From the NCBI GenBank assembly GCA_028690055.1, contig JAQVBZ010000007.1:1-57547 (forward strand): a stretch of DNA of 57,547 nucleotides, in the 5' to 3' direction. Source of the DNA: Minisyncoccota bacterium (lineage in GTDB: Bacteria > Patescibacteriota > Minisyncoccia > JAHIHE01 > JAGLIN01). The translations under genes were made by a program, and so were the position numbers. Shown one piece after another: positions 57,137 through 57,547 of this stretch (positions within the stretch are counted from its first letter, which is position 1; each line of letters starts with the position of its first letter). A model generated the notes under the pieces. The model ran no database searches. It was given only the letters and a program-made list of their open reading frames with translations, and was not told the DNA's origin.

Positions 57137-57367
57137 TTAAAAAGAGATCACCGAGCAGTACAAAAAGAATAGGATAAGACATAAATACATCACCGACGCA
57201 TTTCCATAGCTTTCTGATGCCTTTTTGTATTGCCGAAAACGACAATCTTGTCTTGGATATTTTACACTTTCATATTTATGATAAAAGTGCAGTGTCAAAT
57301 GGTAAGTAAACATCAACAACATAAAAGCAGCTGCATCTACAAAATATTTATATACCATATTTCTCAT
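57137..57367 (-). CDS. Possible small membrane protein (76 aa)
   Basis: Two hydrophobic segments; no other support. Confidence 0.35.
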   Translation of the reverse strand: MRNMVYKYFVDAAAFMLLMFTYHLTLHFYHKYESVKYPRQDCRFRQYKKASESYGNASVMYLCLILFFLYCSVISF

Positions 57368-57547
57368 CCTGTTTTGTTTTTTCTATCTTTATCCTTTTTA
57401 TAAATTATGTCAAGAGAAAAAGGCTCTATACTAACAAGTGTGGTGGATAAATCAAAAATAGTGGTAAGCTTAGCTTAAAACAAGAGTTACCCAACTCAAA
57501 GCTAAATTTAACCACTACTTCTATGAAAAAGTGTATCATCGAAATGC

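Noticed and set aside
57436-57520. Replication origin or MraZ boxes (GTGGATAA, GTGG repeats)
   Set aside because: Only one 8/9 DnaA-like box, the context is cut off by the window end, and no dnaA or mraZ is visible.

Overview
A 57.5-kb chromosomal segment of a small-genome bacterium. The gene content (CPR-type VirB2/TrbC pilins, PrgI/VirB4/VirB6-like locus, DUF4012, short IF2, xer-rpsO-NYN-pnp and infB-rbfA-DHH blocks, tRNAs without encoded CCA) points to Patescibacteria/CPR, probably Parcubacteria (inference, no phylogeny run). In order: a frameshifted membrane-protein remnant; a surface-polysaccharide cluster (3 GT4, Wzz-like, DUF4012); four tandem pilins; tRNA-Leu; Xer, rpsO, NYN, pnp; a 1281-aa coiled-coil membrane protein; tRNA-Ser; a minus-strand T4SS-like operon interrupted by a repeat-flanked GIY-YIG nuclease; an SPFH operon; rsmA, pcrA, LysM-CHAP hydrolase; tRNA-Val, Fic, rluD, rplS; a tRNA cluster with an accessory islet; thyX plus an archaeal-type glyA; 3D protein, flippase-like protein, tRNAs, UDG4, beta-helix protein, nfo, DHH, rbfA, infB, DUF4446. 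Nine tRNAs are present. The most unusual signals are non-coding: (1) the same 30-bp cassette fused to duplicated T-arm/3' ends of two different tRNAs; (2) eight TGTCAT/CGTCAT-tagged palindromes with interchangeable arms, with a GIY-YIG gene bracketed by 40-bp direct repeats made of the same tags; (3) a promoter-led ~170-nt rod-shaped RNA before rplS; (4) a frameshifted Cys-rich microprotein gene missed by the ORF track. All alignments and pairings were done by eye; no database searches were run.
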